Origin: an uncultured Lentisphaerales bacterium
GTDB taxonomy: Bacteria; Verrucomicrobiota; Lentisphaeria; JABSQK01; UBA12247
Reading direction: 5' to 3'
Assembly: GCA_943788985.1 (NCBI GenBank)
Contig: CALSSJ010000026.1
Location: forward strand, 1 to 64,000
DNA: 64,000 nucleotides
The notes under the pieces were generated by a model that saw nothing but the letters and a program-made list of their open reading frames with translations, was not told the DNA's origin and did not search any database. Positions 38,558 to 48,226 of the stretch are shown piece after piece; position 1 is the first letter of the stretch, and the number at the start of each line of letters is the position of its first letter. The position numbers and the translations under genes are program-made.

Positions 38558-41084
38558 ATGTCCGCAGAAAATTTCGATTTCCCAATGCACAACTTCACCC
38601 CTCGCGCGCAGCAGGTACTAAGCCTGGCGAAGAAAGAGGCGAAGCGGTTTGGCCACGACTATATAGGTACGGAACATCTGCTACTGGGCTTGATCAAGCT
38701 CGGTCAGGGCGTGGCCGTCATGGTCCTACAGGATATGAATCTAGACCTCGAGTCGGTTCGACTGGAGGTAGAACGTCAGTCCGGCACGGGCGGCACGACC
38801 CTCCAAGAAGGCGATATTCCGTTTACGGCGCGCGTTAAGAAGGTTTTGTCCTTTGCTCGCCAGGAAGCACGGGCGTTGAACTATAATTACATTGGCACCG
38901 AGCACATCCTGCTCGGTCTGCTCAAGGAAGGCGAAGGCGTCGCCGCGCGCGTTTTGCGCAATCTCGATGTTGACGCCAACAAGGTCCGCAATGAAGTGCT
39001 GAAGCACTTGGACCCGAACTTTATCCCCGCGGATTCCAAAGACGATTCCTCCAGTGAGAGCGAGGAAACGGAAGAAAAGACACCTGCACTGACCGCATTC
39101 GGGCGGGACTGACGAAGCTGGCCGTAAAGGGTGAGCTAGACCCGGTCATCGGCCGCGCCGACGAGATTGAACGTGTGATCCAAGTGCTCTGCCGCCGGAC
39201 CAAGAATAATCCAGTGCTGATTGGCGAGGCTGGCGTCGGCAAGACCGCAATCGTTGAGGGCTTGGCGCAGGCAGTCGTGCGAGGTGAAGTCCCGGAACTG
39301 CTGCGCAATCGACGGGTGATCGCCCTCGACCTCCCGCTGATGGTGGCTGGCACGAAATACCGCGGGCAATTCGAAGAGCGGATCAAGGCTGTCATGGAGG
39401 AGATCAAAAAACTCCGGCCGGATCATTCTTTTTATCGATGAACTGCACACGATCGTGGGTGCTGGCGGTTGCGGAGGGCGCACTGGATGCATCCAACATC
39501 CTCAAGCCAGCTCTTTCGCGCGGCGAAATTCAGTGCATCGGTGCCACGACCCTGGATGAGTATCGTAAGTTTGTGGAAAAAGATGCAGCACTGGAACGGC
39601 GTTTCCAAGCCGTATTGGTGAACACTCCGTCTGCCGAAGAAGCCGTCGAGATCCTGATGGGCATCAAGTACAAATACGAGGAGCATCACCACGTCACCTA
39701 CACCGACGAGGCGGTGCGCTCCGCGGTTGCACTCTCCGATCGCTATATGCCCGGACGCCATCTTCCAGATAAGGCGATCGACATCATGGACGAAAGCGGC
39801 TCTCGCGCACGCATTAAATCAATGATTCGCCCGCCAGACCTCAAAGAGTTGGAGCAGGAAATCGCTGCGATCAATGGCCAGAAAAAGCTGGCTGTAGGCC
39901 AACAGAAGTACGAGGAGGCGGCCAACCTTCGGGACCGTGAGAAGCGGTTAAAGGAATCCCTCGACGCCACCCTGGCGGAATGGGAGAAATGCACCAATGA
40001 GAAGATCGTAGAGATCGGCGAGCCGGACATCACGCTTGTGGTCGCCAAGCTCACCGGAATTCCCGTCCAGCGGATGGAAGAGGCCGAGATGCAGCGCTTG
40101 CTGCGCATGGAAGACGACTTGAGCGAGTTGGTGGTCGGGCAGGGGCAGGCCGTACACACCCTGTCCCGCGCCTTGCGACGCTCCCGTGCTGGCCTCCAAG
40201 ACCCGCGGCGTCCGATCGGCTCCTTTATTTTTCTAGGCCCGAGCGGCGTCGGCAAGACACTCCTGGCCAAGACACTCGCAGAGTTCATGTTCGGCGATGC
40301 AGAAGCGTTGATTCAGGTAGACATGTCCGAGTACATGGAGAAGTTCAACGTCAGTCGTCTAGTCGGCTCACCTCCTGGCTACGTCGGGCACGGCGAAGGT
40401 GGCCAGCTCACCGAGAAAGTACGCCGACGCCCCTATTCCGTCGTCCTCTTTGACGAGATAGAGAAGGCACATCCGGACGTCATGAACATGATGCTCCAAG
40501 TCTTGGAAGAAGGCCAACTTACAGACAGCAACGGCGTAAAAGTCGACTTCCGCAACACGATTATTATCCTCACCTCAAATGTAGGTGCACGCAACCTGCA
40601 GAAGGCTGGCAGCCTCGGCTTTGTCAAAGCAGGCGCGTTGGACGAGAACCATGATCGGCTGCGGACGCATCTCGAAGAAGAGGCCAAGAAGCGCTTCCGC
40701 CCCGAGTTTCTCAATCGCATCGATGAGCTCATCGTCTTTCACCAATTGTCACGTGCCAACCTGCATAAGATCGTTGAGCTTGAGATCGAGAAAGTGCGTG
40801 ACCGCCTGAAGTCACGTTCGCTTGAGCTAACGTCTGGCAAAGATGTCCGCGACTTCCTGATCGACAAAGGCTTCAATCCAGAGTACGGCGCCCGGCCCAT
40901 TCGCCGGCTTATTGAGCGCCATATCGAGGATTCCTTGGCAGAGAAGATTCTGGCCGGTGAAATTCATGACGGCTCCCATGTAGAAGTGGTGCCGCAGGAC
41001 GGCAAGCTCACCTTTATCACGGCTCCTGCCGCTGACCCCGAGGAAGAAGTTTCTACCGAGTCCACCCAGCCCTTGCTGAATTGA
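38558..41084 (+). CDS. clpC: ATP-dependent Clp protease ATPase subunit ClpC (frameshifted near 39100-39470)
   Basis: Two Clp-N repeats (YIGTEH), [22 protein letters not shown], a UVR-type middle domain, GPSGVGKT and PPGYVG. Confidence 0.93.
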
Positions 41085-42433
41085 ACGCCGACCACCTCAT
41101 TCCTTCGCATGTCGACCAAGACCGCCCCGCCGTCGAGACGGATGTGGTGCAGGCATATCTGCGACAGATGGGGACGGTCGCACGGCTGACAAGCGAGGAG
41201 GAAACGCATTATGCCGAGCAGTTACAGCAGGCAAAGCATGACCTCGGTGCACTGCTCGCCAGATTCCCCAAGCTGCTGCTTACCCAGCTCAAGCTATGCC
41301 GTCCAAGCGAACTGCGGGAGATTCCCGGTGTTCCCGCCAGTCAGGAGCGCACCTCCCTTGAGAAGCGCCGCGCTTATCTGGCAACGCTAGTCGAAACGGT
41401 TCACCAAATCAGCCAGCGGCTTGACTCGATCAATTCCGAGCCCGCGAGTGATGCCACGGTAAGCCGGTCGTTGCTCTACCAAAGCCTGGAGCGCCTGACG
41501 GCCGAGCTGCAGCTCTCTTGCCGATTTTATCAGGACTTCATCGCTGACATTGACTCGCGTGCCAAGAGCGCCGTACAAGGGCACCTCTCGCTGTGCGACT
41601 CCCAAGTTATCGTCATCTCCGTCCCGGCCACAGACCTACAGATGCCGCGCGAATTATTCTCTGACATTGTCCGGCAATTGCGCCCGGCCTACGACAAAAT
41701 GCAGGAAGCTCGCCACGCCCTCATTGAGGGAAATTTGCGGCTGGTGGTCAGCGTCTCACGGAAATACGTAAAATGTGGTCTGCAGTTCGCCGATCTGATT
41801 CAAGAAGGCAACATTGGTCTCATGCAGGCAATCGATCGCTTTGAGCCAGATCGTGGCCACAGATTCTCGACCTACGCGGTGTGGTGGATTCGCCAGGCAA
41901 TTACCGGCGCACTATCAGCCCAGGGACGCACCATCAGGGTGCCGGCAAACATCGCCCAGATGTTACAGAAGATTCGTCGCGCAGAGCGCGAGATCCTCCA
42001 GAAATTCGGTCGCTCACCGGAAGATGAAGAGATTGCCGCTGAAGTGGGCTTGGAAGTGCCTCGCGTGCGCGCTTTGCGAAAGATGGATCGTCAGACGATT
42101 TCCTTGCAAAGCATCACCTCCGGTCCGGACGATGAATCCGGCGGCCAACAACTCCAGGACCGCCTGGTGGCCGACCATGCACCTTCACCGGCGGATCTAG
42201 CCGCCGAGAGCCTCCTTACCGAGACCATCGAGCAGGCGCTGGCCACGCTGTCCGAGCGCGAAGCTAAGATTCTGACAGCGCGCTTCGGCCTCGGCGGCAC
42301 CGATACGAAGACTTTAGCCGAACTAAGCGCTACCTTCGAGGTCTCCCACGAGCGCATCCGCCAGATCGAGATCAAGGCCCTAAAGAAGCTGCGCGGGCCA
42401 GAACGGCGAAAGTTCCTAGAAGGCTACGAGTGA
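41081..42433 (+). CDS. Sigma-70 family factor (RpoD/RpoS-like, no acidic region 1.1)
   Basis: Region 1.2 VQAYLRQMG, region 2 NLRLVVS..DLIQEGNIGLM..FSTYAVWWIRQAI, and region 4 SHERIRQIE. Confidence 0.9.
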   Translation: MNADHLIPSHVDQDRPAVETDVVQAYLRQMGTVARLTSEEETHYAEQLQQAKHDLGALLARFPKLLLTQLKLCRPSELREIPGVPASQERTSLEKRRAYLATLVETVHQISQRLDSINSEPASDATVSRSLLYQSLERLTAELQLSCRFYQDFIADIDSRAKSAVQGHLSLCDSQVIVISVPATDLQMPRELFSDIVRQLRPAYDKMQEARHALIEGNLRLVVSVSRKYVKCGLQFADLIQEGNIGLMQAIDRFEPDRGHRFSTYAVWWIRQAITGALSAQGRTIRVPANIAQMLQKIRRAEREILQKFGRSPEDEEIAAEVGLEVPRVRALRKMDRQTISLQSITSGPDDESGGQQLQDRLVADHAPSPADLAAESLLTETIEQALATLSEREAKILTARFGLGGTDTKTLAELSATFEVSHERIRQIEIKALKKLRGPERRKFLEGYE

Positions 42434-42476
42434 TCATTCCCAATGCCGGGAATTGCAGAGTTCGCAAATCCTCTGC

Positions 42477-43580
42477 TTAAAGCGCTTCGCCTACTTGTGC
42501 GAATTCCGCCTCCAGCCGGCGCTGATTCTCAGCTGCCAGAATCTCCTCCATCAGACCGCGAAACGAGCCTTCCATCACGTCCGGTAGGTTATGGCGCGTG
42601 ATTCCATAACGATGGTCCGTCACGCGATTCTGCGGAAAGTTATAGGTACGAATGCGTTCACTGCGTTCCCCCGTACCGACCTGAGATCTGCGCTGCTCGG
42701 CGGTCTTTTCTGCTTCTTCGCTACGAATCTGCTCGAGCAGTCGCGAGCAGAGAATGCGCATCGCAATCTCGCGATTACGATGCTGGGATTTTTCCTGCTG
42801 TGAAACCACCACCAAGCCAGTCGGCGTATGGGTCAACCGCACGGCTGAGTCCGTCGTATTCACACATTGTCCGCCAGGACCGGATGCACGAAACACGTCC
42901 ATACGGACGTCCTCGTTGCGAATCTGGACATCGACCTCCTGGGCTTCGGGCAACACCGCAACGGTCACAGTAGACGTATGAATTCTCCCGGCGGCTTCTG
43001 TCGCCGGCACCCGCTGTACCCGATGGACGCCACTCTCGAACTGCATAAAACGAAAAACAGAGTCGCCCTGCAGGGAGAAGGAGACATCTCGAATCCCGCC
43101 AAGATCCGACTCAGTGAGGGTGAGCACCTCAATCTGCCATCCCATGTCCTCGGCGAAGCGCGAGTAGGCGCGAAGCAATGCCCCCGCAAAAAGCGCTGCT
43201 TCGTCACCGCCGGCCGCGGGGCGAATCTCGACGATTGAGTTTCGGGAGTCGTTCGGCAGAGGCGGCAGGATCAGACTCATCACCGCGGTACTGAGCGCTT
43301 CAAGCTGTGCTTCCAGTTCCGGAATCTCAGCCTCGATCATGCTCCGAAACTCCTCATCCTCTTCGCCGGCGAGCAAGTCACGGGACTCGGCGAGTTCCTG
43401 CTGCTTGGCGCTCTTCTTGTCATAGGACGTCAGCAAGGCCGAAAGCCGCTGGTGCTCGCGACTCAACTCGACGTACTGTTCGCGGTCACTGAATGCATCA
43501 GGAGCCGCCAGTTTTGTCTCAACTTCTTCAAACGCATTGCGCATGCGCTCGATCAACGGCGCCAGATCAATAGTACTCAT
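42477..43580 (-). CDS. prfA: Peptide chain release factor 1
   Basis: GPGGQ, the RF1-type PxT motif (RVPATE) and RTYNFPQNRVTDHR. Confidence 0.95.
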   Translation of the reverse strand: MSTIDLAPLIERMRNAFEEVETKLAAPDAFSDREQYVELSREHQRLSALLTSYDKKSAKQQELAESRDLLAGEEDEEFRSMIEAEIPELEAQLEALSTAVMSLILPPLPNDSRNSIVEIRPAAGGDEAALFAGALLRAYSRFAEDMGWQIEVLTLTESDLGGIRDVSFSLQGDSVFRFMQFESGVHRVQRVPATEAAGRIHTSTVTVAVLPEAQEVDVQIRNEDVRMDVFRASGPGGQCVNTTDSAVRLTHTPTGLVVVSQQEKSQHRNREIAMRILCSRLLEQIRSEEAEKTAEQRRSQVGTGERSERIRTYNFPQNRVTDHRYGITRHNLPDVMEGSFRGLMEEILAAENQRRLEAEFAQVGEAL

Positions 43581-43658
43581 AAAACTCGGGAGATGGGCTA
43601 GAAAAAAGATTCTTTACGATGTTCGCAAACAGCGAACGGAGTGCCGGAGAATGCCAAG

Positions 43659-46600
43659 CTAGAACTCGACCGGGGCCAGAATCAGACGAAGCCCGATGTT
43701 GTCAAAAGTGTCGTCCGTGGGAGCCCAGCCCTGTACCTCGACAGCCAGTGTCTTCTCAGTGACTTCGGTCCACGCCCCGCCGCAGACCGCGCGCTTGGTA
43801 CCCTTCTTGGTTGTGGTCCACTCCCAGACATTTCCGGCAATGCCGTAGAGTCCCCACTCGTTGGTGCCACTTTCTTCGACAGTGCATGTTGCTGGATAGG
43901 GATCGTCGTAACCATCTAGACGCCAAGCAGTGGGGAAGACTTCTTGGTTGCCAAAATTCCCGTATTTAGGAGGCCAGGAATCACCCCACGGGTACTTGCG
44001 GTCCTGCCCGCACTTGGCAAACTTCATCCATTCCTCGACTTTGGGCAACCGGAACTCGTAGTTGTTTGGCAGCTCGAAATGACGCCCGGCGGTACTCTTG
44101 ATCCACTCCGCAAAGGCGATGGCGTCGAGGTAGGTGATGTACACGACCGGCTGACGGTCGCCATCCAACGAGATTCCTTCGGCCTTCTTGCTGTTGTGCG
44201 TAGCACGGAATTGCCTGAAATCCGCGTTGGTGACTTCATACTTGGCGACCCATACGCGCATGGAGTCAATCCAAACGAAGTCCATGTTGACACCGGGGAC
44301 CGTGAAGTTGTGCCCCTTGCGGGCGGAGAATCTGTTGCGAGCTCGCAAGAGGATGGCATCTGCCTTCTTGAGTGCCTGCGTGTATTCGTCCTTGGACTCA
44401 AGAAAATCCTCTCGCGTCATAGCGTCCTGAGCAAGGCGCATGACGACGTCCAGACGCACGATATCTTCACTCAACTCGGGTGCGGCTCCTTCAAAGGCGC
44501 GAAGCTTCTGCCGTGCCTTCTCCAGCTTATCTCGTAAGGTTGCTGACTCACGGCGGCGCACTTCGTGCAATCTCTGCTCGACATCCTCAAGCATTTCGAG
44601 TGCTTCTTCGTACGCGACTGTGGACTTGTTGTATTCGCCAGAGTCTAGGAGATCGCGCGCTTTTGCACTGATCTTGTCCGGGCCAGGCAGCATGCTCTGG
44701 GCGTCAGCCTGATTGGCCAGAGCCATTCGCAGTTCGAGAAACCGTTTCTTGGCGATGTCCGCAACATCCTTTAACTTTCCCTTTTCCCGCTCCTGAACCT
44801 GCAAGGCTTCCTTTTCGACCTTCTCAAGCTCAATCAGCCCCTTCTGATAGGCTTCGGCCGCAACCTGATAGTCCGTCTGCGAGAGATAGACTGCGGCTCT
44901 GTTCGCGTAGTCATCTGCCACGTGCAGGCGGCTGCGAGTATGGGAAAGTCGGGCAACCACAGAGCGGCGGCCATTGTAATGCTCTTGCTGCTTGAGCGCT
45001 TCCCGGTGCAGCGTCTCCCGCTGCTCCTGACGCTCGCGCAGGAGTTGGGCTTCAACCTCGCGGACGCCGTTGATCGCCTCGACATAAAGACTGCGCGAAC
45101 GATTGAAATCTCCATTCAGGAAGGCACCGACAGCCTGCTGAGCGAGGTCCTCAGTGGGGGCAAGAAGCTCGACGGCACGCGGGCTGGCGGAAAGCGGCAG
45201 GCGCAGCTTGTTATACTCTTGCTTGGCGTCTTCGGCGAACCGTCGCTGGCGGGCCGTTTCTTCCTGCGCATCCTTGGCCAGATCCAGCGCTTTCTGCCGC
45301 GCCCGGTCGAGTTCGGCTAGGGCGCTGTCGAGTCCCTCGACCGCTGCTTCAAGGTCGCCTGCGTCCTTGCGGCGTATGGCTGCGTCCCGTACCGCATCTG
45401 CGGCTTCGAGCAGACTTGCCGCGTAGGCATCCTGCGCCAGCGTGATCCGCTCGGTGGTGTAGCGATCCTCTCGGTTGACGACGCGACGCTTCAGCTCCTC
45501 CGCCTCTTGGACGCGCTGCTCGGCAACACTCTGCTTGATCCCACGCAGCTGATCGAGTCCAGCGCTATATGCCTGGATGGCCTGCTCGTACTGTTCATTA
45601 TTAAACGCTTCGCGCGCCGTTCGATCGATCGATTCGACGTTAGTCAGCAACCCGCGGCCGAGCCGGTCCTCGGCTAATTCTACCTGCAAGTCGCTGAACT
45701 GCTTACGAAGTCCCTCGGCATCGGTCGCCAAGTTTTCTTGTCGGCGCTGCGCCAGCGTCACTTGATCATCGATGGCCTTTAACTGAACGAGGAGTGCGCG
45801 ATATGCTTCCAGCGCAGCCACGTATTTCCCTTCATTAAGGGACTCGCGCGCGGCCTCGGCTCCTTCTTTGATCGGTGGGAGTTGGGGCTGGGCGATGCTC
45901 TCACTGATTAGCTTGGTATAGAGGTTTTCATAGCGGTCACGTAGATCGATGGCCTGATCTCGATCGGATGTGTCAGGCGGCAATGGCGGCGCGTCTGGCA
46001 CTCGATTCACATTGACAGGAGGCGGCGGTTTGGGCATCAATTTATGCACGCCAAAGGCGGCGATCGCCAGCAAAAACACTGCGGCGATAGCGAGCAGCTT
46101 GCCTGGTTTTGGGCCCACTCCAGCACCAGTCCCCAAGCCTCGAATGAATTCTTCACAACCGGGGAAACGATCGTCCGGATCACGCGAAAGTGCCTTCAGT
46201 AGGGCGGCATTCTCCCTTCGTGAGAGTCCCTCAATGGGTTCGACGTCTCCAGTCTCAGTCACGAGTTGATAAAACTCGCGGGCATGTGATTCAACCACAG
46301 TCTTGGTGTCATCCCCACAATCATCTTCTGAAGAACCAAGCGGAGCCTGGACCCAGAAAGGCACACGCTTCGATAGCATCTCGTAGACGATCGCAGCAAA
46401 TGCGTACTGATCAGACGCCATGGTGGGCGCACTCCGCTCCCACATCTCCGGCGCCATATATTCCCGGGTTGCGAGCGGCAAGAGATGGTGTTCATCTTGC
46501 GCGGCTTCGGGCGCATCGTCGCCGGGATACATGATCCCATAGTCCAGCAATTTGGCGGTGTTACTCCCCTCACAGAGGAAGATGGACTCCGGTTTGATAT

Positions 46601-48023
46601 CCCAGTGCACGGATTTGAAGGACTTATTGACACTGTCGATGGCATGCGCGACGGTGGTCAACGCTGGCTCAATTCCAGGGACATTCAGGGTCTTGTGCTC
46701 GGTGACCAACTGGTGTGTAAACTGGCGTAGATTGCACCCGGAAAGCAGCTCCATGATAATGAACAGCTCGCCGGTCGTGGCGTCTTCTTCGATGTCGCGC
46801 ACCTGCACGAGATTGCGATGCGACATCTCGAGCAGCTGCTGATAGTTGCGCTTGACCAGCTCCATGCGATCGACGGGGAACTCGCGACCGGGATAGAGGC
46901 TCTTAATCGCACACTCCAGCTTGTTGTGCGTATCGAGCCCATGATAAACCATGCCAGCCCGCCCAAGCCCGATGGGTTTAAGGACCCGATATCGGTCCTT
47001 GATCAGCGTATCGGTCGCGTAGAACGACTGCGGAATCTCGTCATGACGCATGCCGGGCTGTGTGGCAATCCGAGTAGGAAGCGAGGCGGACGGCTCATGC
47101 CCGGAGAGCGCGTCTGCCCCGGCTGCATTGCCCAGCGGCACCTGCGCCAGCGCGCGAATCAACTCCTGATAGGAGCCAAACCGATCCTCAGCCTTGGGCT
47201 CCATCATCCGATAGATAACAGCCTGTAGAACGTCTGGAACGTTTTCGCGCAGATCGTTGATCTGGGTGTACTGCTTCTGCACCTGCGACATGTAGACCAT
47301 GGGAGCAGTCTTGCCTTGGAAGGCTTTGCGTCCGGTCAGCACTTCATACAACGTCACGCCTAGGGCAAACATATCCGTACGAAAATCAATATTCGTCTGC
47401 CCAACAGCCTGCTCAGGCGCCATGTACTGGGGCGTACCGAGCGGCGTACCAACGTTCGTGAGATCCGGCATGTCATACATGGTGTCGGCGTCATCATCAT
47501 CCTCGGTAATCGGCTTGGCCAGCCCCATGTCCACGATTTTGACCAAGTTCGCCTTTGTCAGCATGATGTTCGCGGGTTTGATGTCTCGGTGGATGATCTT
47601 GTATTCGTCCCAGGCATGACTGAGTCCGGCCACGGCCTGCTGAGCCAAACTGATCACATCACTGACGGCCAGAAGATCGCCCTGCTCGATCGAGTGCCCG
47701 ACGGTGCGACCGTCAATAAACTCCATCGCGATGAACCAGTCATCCGAATCGAAGTTTGCCTCGTAAATCTGGGCCACGTTCGGATGGTTCACCGACGCCG
47801 CGCTGCGCGCTTCGCGCACAAACCGCTGCTCAACGGTTTCCTGAAGAACCGGATTTGCTTGGTGCGATAGCAGGCTGCGGCTCATGAATTTAATCGCCAC
47901 GCGTCGGGACAACGTCAGATCGTCAGCAGCATAGACTGTACCCATGCCGCCTTCGCCAATCTTCGACGCAATGCGAAAATGGCTAATTGTTGTACCTGGT
48001 TCTAGGTCAAATATCTCGGGCAT
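43659..48023 (-). CDS. Tandem Ser/Thr kinase, TM helix, long helical stalk and FGE/SUMF1-like C-terminal domain
   Basis: Kinase 1 has GEGGMG, AIK, HRDIKPAN, DMG and YMAPE. Kinase 2 has GLGRAG, AIK, HWDIKPES and DYG. The TM helix is LLAIAAVFLLAIAAFGV. The C-terminus has KYEVTN, QPV, RLP..EEW and GNVWEW. Confidence 0.88.
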   Translation of the reverse strand: MPEIFDLEPGTTISHFRIASKIGEGGMGTVYAADDLTLSRRVAIKFMSRSLLSHQANPVLQETVEQRFVREARSAASVNHPNVAQIYEANFDSDDWFIAMEFIDGRTVGHSIEQGDLLAVSDVISLAQQAVAGLSHAWDEYKIIHRDIKPANIMLTKANLVKIVDMGLAKPITEDDDDADTMYDMPDLTNVGTPLGTPQYMAPEQAVGQTNIDFRTDMFALGVTLYEVLTGRKAFQGKTAPMVYMSQVQKQYTQINDLRENVPDVLQAVIYRMMEPKAEDRFGSYQELIRALAQVPLGNAAGADALSGHEPSASLPTRIATQPGMRHDEIPQSFYATDTLIKDRYRVLKPIGLGRAGMVYHGLDTHNKLECAIKSLYPGREFPVDRMELVKRNYQQLLEMSHRNLVQVRDIEEDATTGELFIIMELLSGCNLRQFTHQLVTEHKTLNVPGIEPALTTVAHAIDSVNKSFKSVHWDIKPESIFLCEGSNTAKLLDYGIMYPGDDAPEAAQDEHHLLPLATREYMAPEMWERSAPTMASDQYAFAAIVYEMLSKRVPFWVQAPLGSSEDDCGDDTKTVVESHAREFYQLVTETGDVEPIEGLSRRENAALLKALSRDPDDRFPGCEEFIRGLGTGAGVGPKPGKLLAIAAVFLLAIAAFGVHKLMPKPPPPVNVNRVPDAPPLPPDTSDRDQAIDLRDRYENLYTKLISESIAQPQLPPIKEGAEAARESLNEGKYVAALEAYRALLVQLKAIDDQVTLAQRRQENLATDAEGLRKQFSDLQVELAEDRLGRGLLTNVESIDRTAREAFNNEQYEQAIQAYSAGLDQLRGIKQSVAEQRVQEAEELKRRVVNREDRYTTERITLAQDAYAASLLEAADAVRDAAIRRKDAGDLEAAVEGLDSALAELDRARQKALDLAKDAQEETARQRRFAEDAKQEYNKLRLPLSASPRAVELLAPTEDLAQQAVGAFLNGDFNRSRSLYVEAINGVREVEAQLLRERQEQRETLHREALKQQEHYNGRRSVVARLSHTRSRLHVADDYANRAAVYLSQTDYQVAAEAYQKGLIELEKVEKEALQVQEREKGKLKDVADIAKKRFLELRMALANQADAQSMLPGPDKISAKARDLLDSGEYNKSTVAYEEALEMLEDVEQRLHEVRRRESATLRDKLEKARQKLRAFEGAAPELSEDIVRLDVVMRLAQDAMTREDFLESKDEYTQALKKADAILLRARNRFSARKGHNFTVPGVNMDFVWIDSMRVWVAKYEVTNADFRQFRATHNSKKAEGISLDGDRQPVVYITYLDAIAFAEWIKSTAGRHFELPNNYEFRLPKVEEWMKFAKCGQDRKYPWGDSWPPKYGNFGNQEVFPTAWRLDGYDDPYPATCTVEESGTNEWGLYGIAGNVWEWTTTKKGTKRAVCGGAWTEVTEKTLAVEVQGWAPTDDTFDNIGLRLILAPVEF

Positions 48024-48168
48024 GTTTGCTCCGCAGGCTCAAAAGCACAGATTGCCAAGTAGTGTACCGCCCTGCAGGCGGGGCGCAATCGTAAACGCTG
48101 CCAATCGAGGAAATATCTGCTCGTTCCAACTGATCGCTTATTGGGGACAATTCACTGCCTGATCCTGC

Positions 48169-48196
48169 TTGATCGCGGCCACAGCGTAGCTATACT
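48169..48196 (+). promoter_or_regulatory. Putative sigma70 promoter
   Basis: TTGATC, 16 bp, TATACT, upstream of a GGAGG RBS and ATG 48227. Confidence 0.5.
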
Positions 48197-48226
48197 ACGA
48201 GTCGCCGGCGCCCATACACGGAGGAC

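Noticed and set aside
36849..39480. mcsA, mcsB and clpC as pseudogenes
   Set aside because: They show the same clustered indel pattern in conserved genes whose motifs are all preserved.
42437..42476. Terminator between the convergent sigma and prfA genes
   Set aside because: Only short stems (gcagag/ctctgc) and no clear U-tract are present, too weak to call.
43659..44300. FGE-like domain as the sulfatase-maturing enzyme for the locus
   Set aside because: It lacks the Cys-containing catalytic motif of true FGE and is the distal domain of a membrane kinase.
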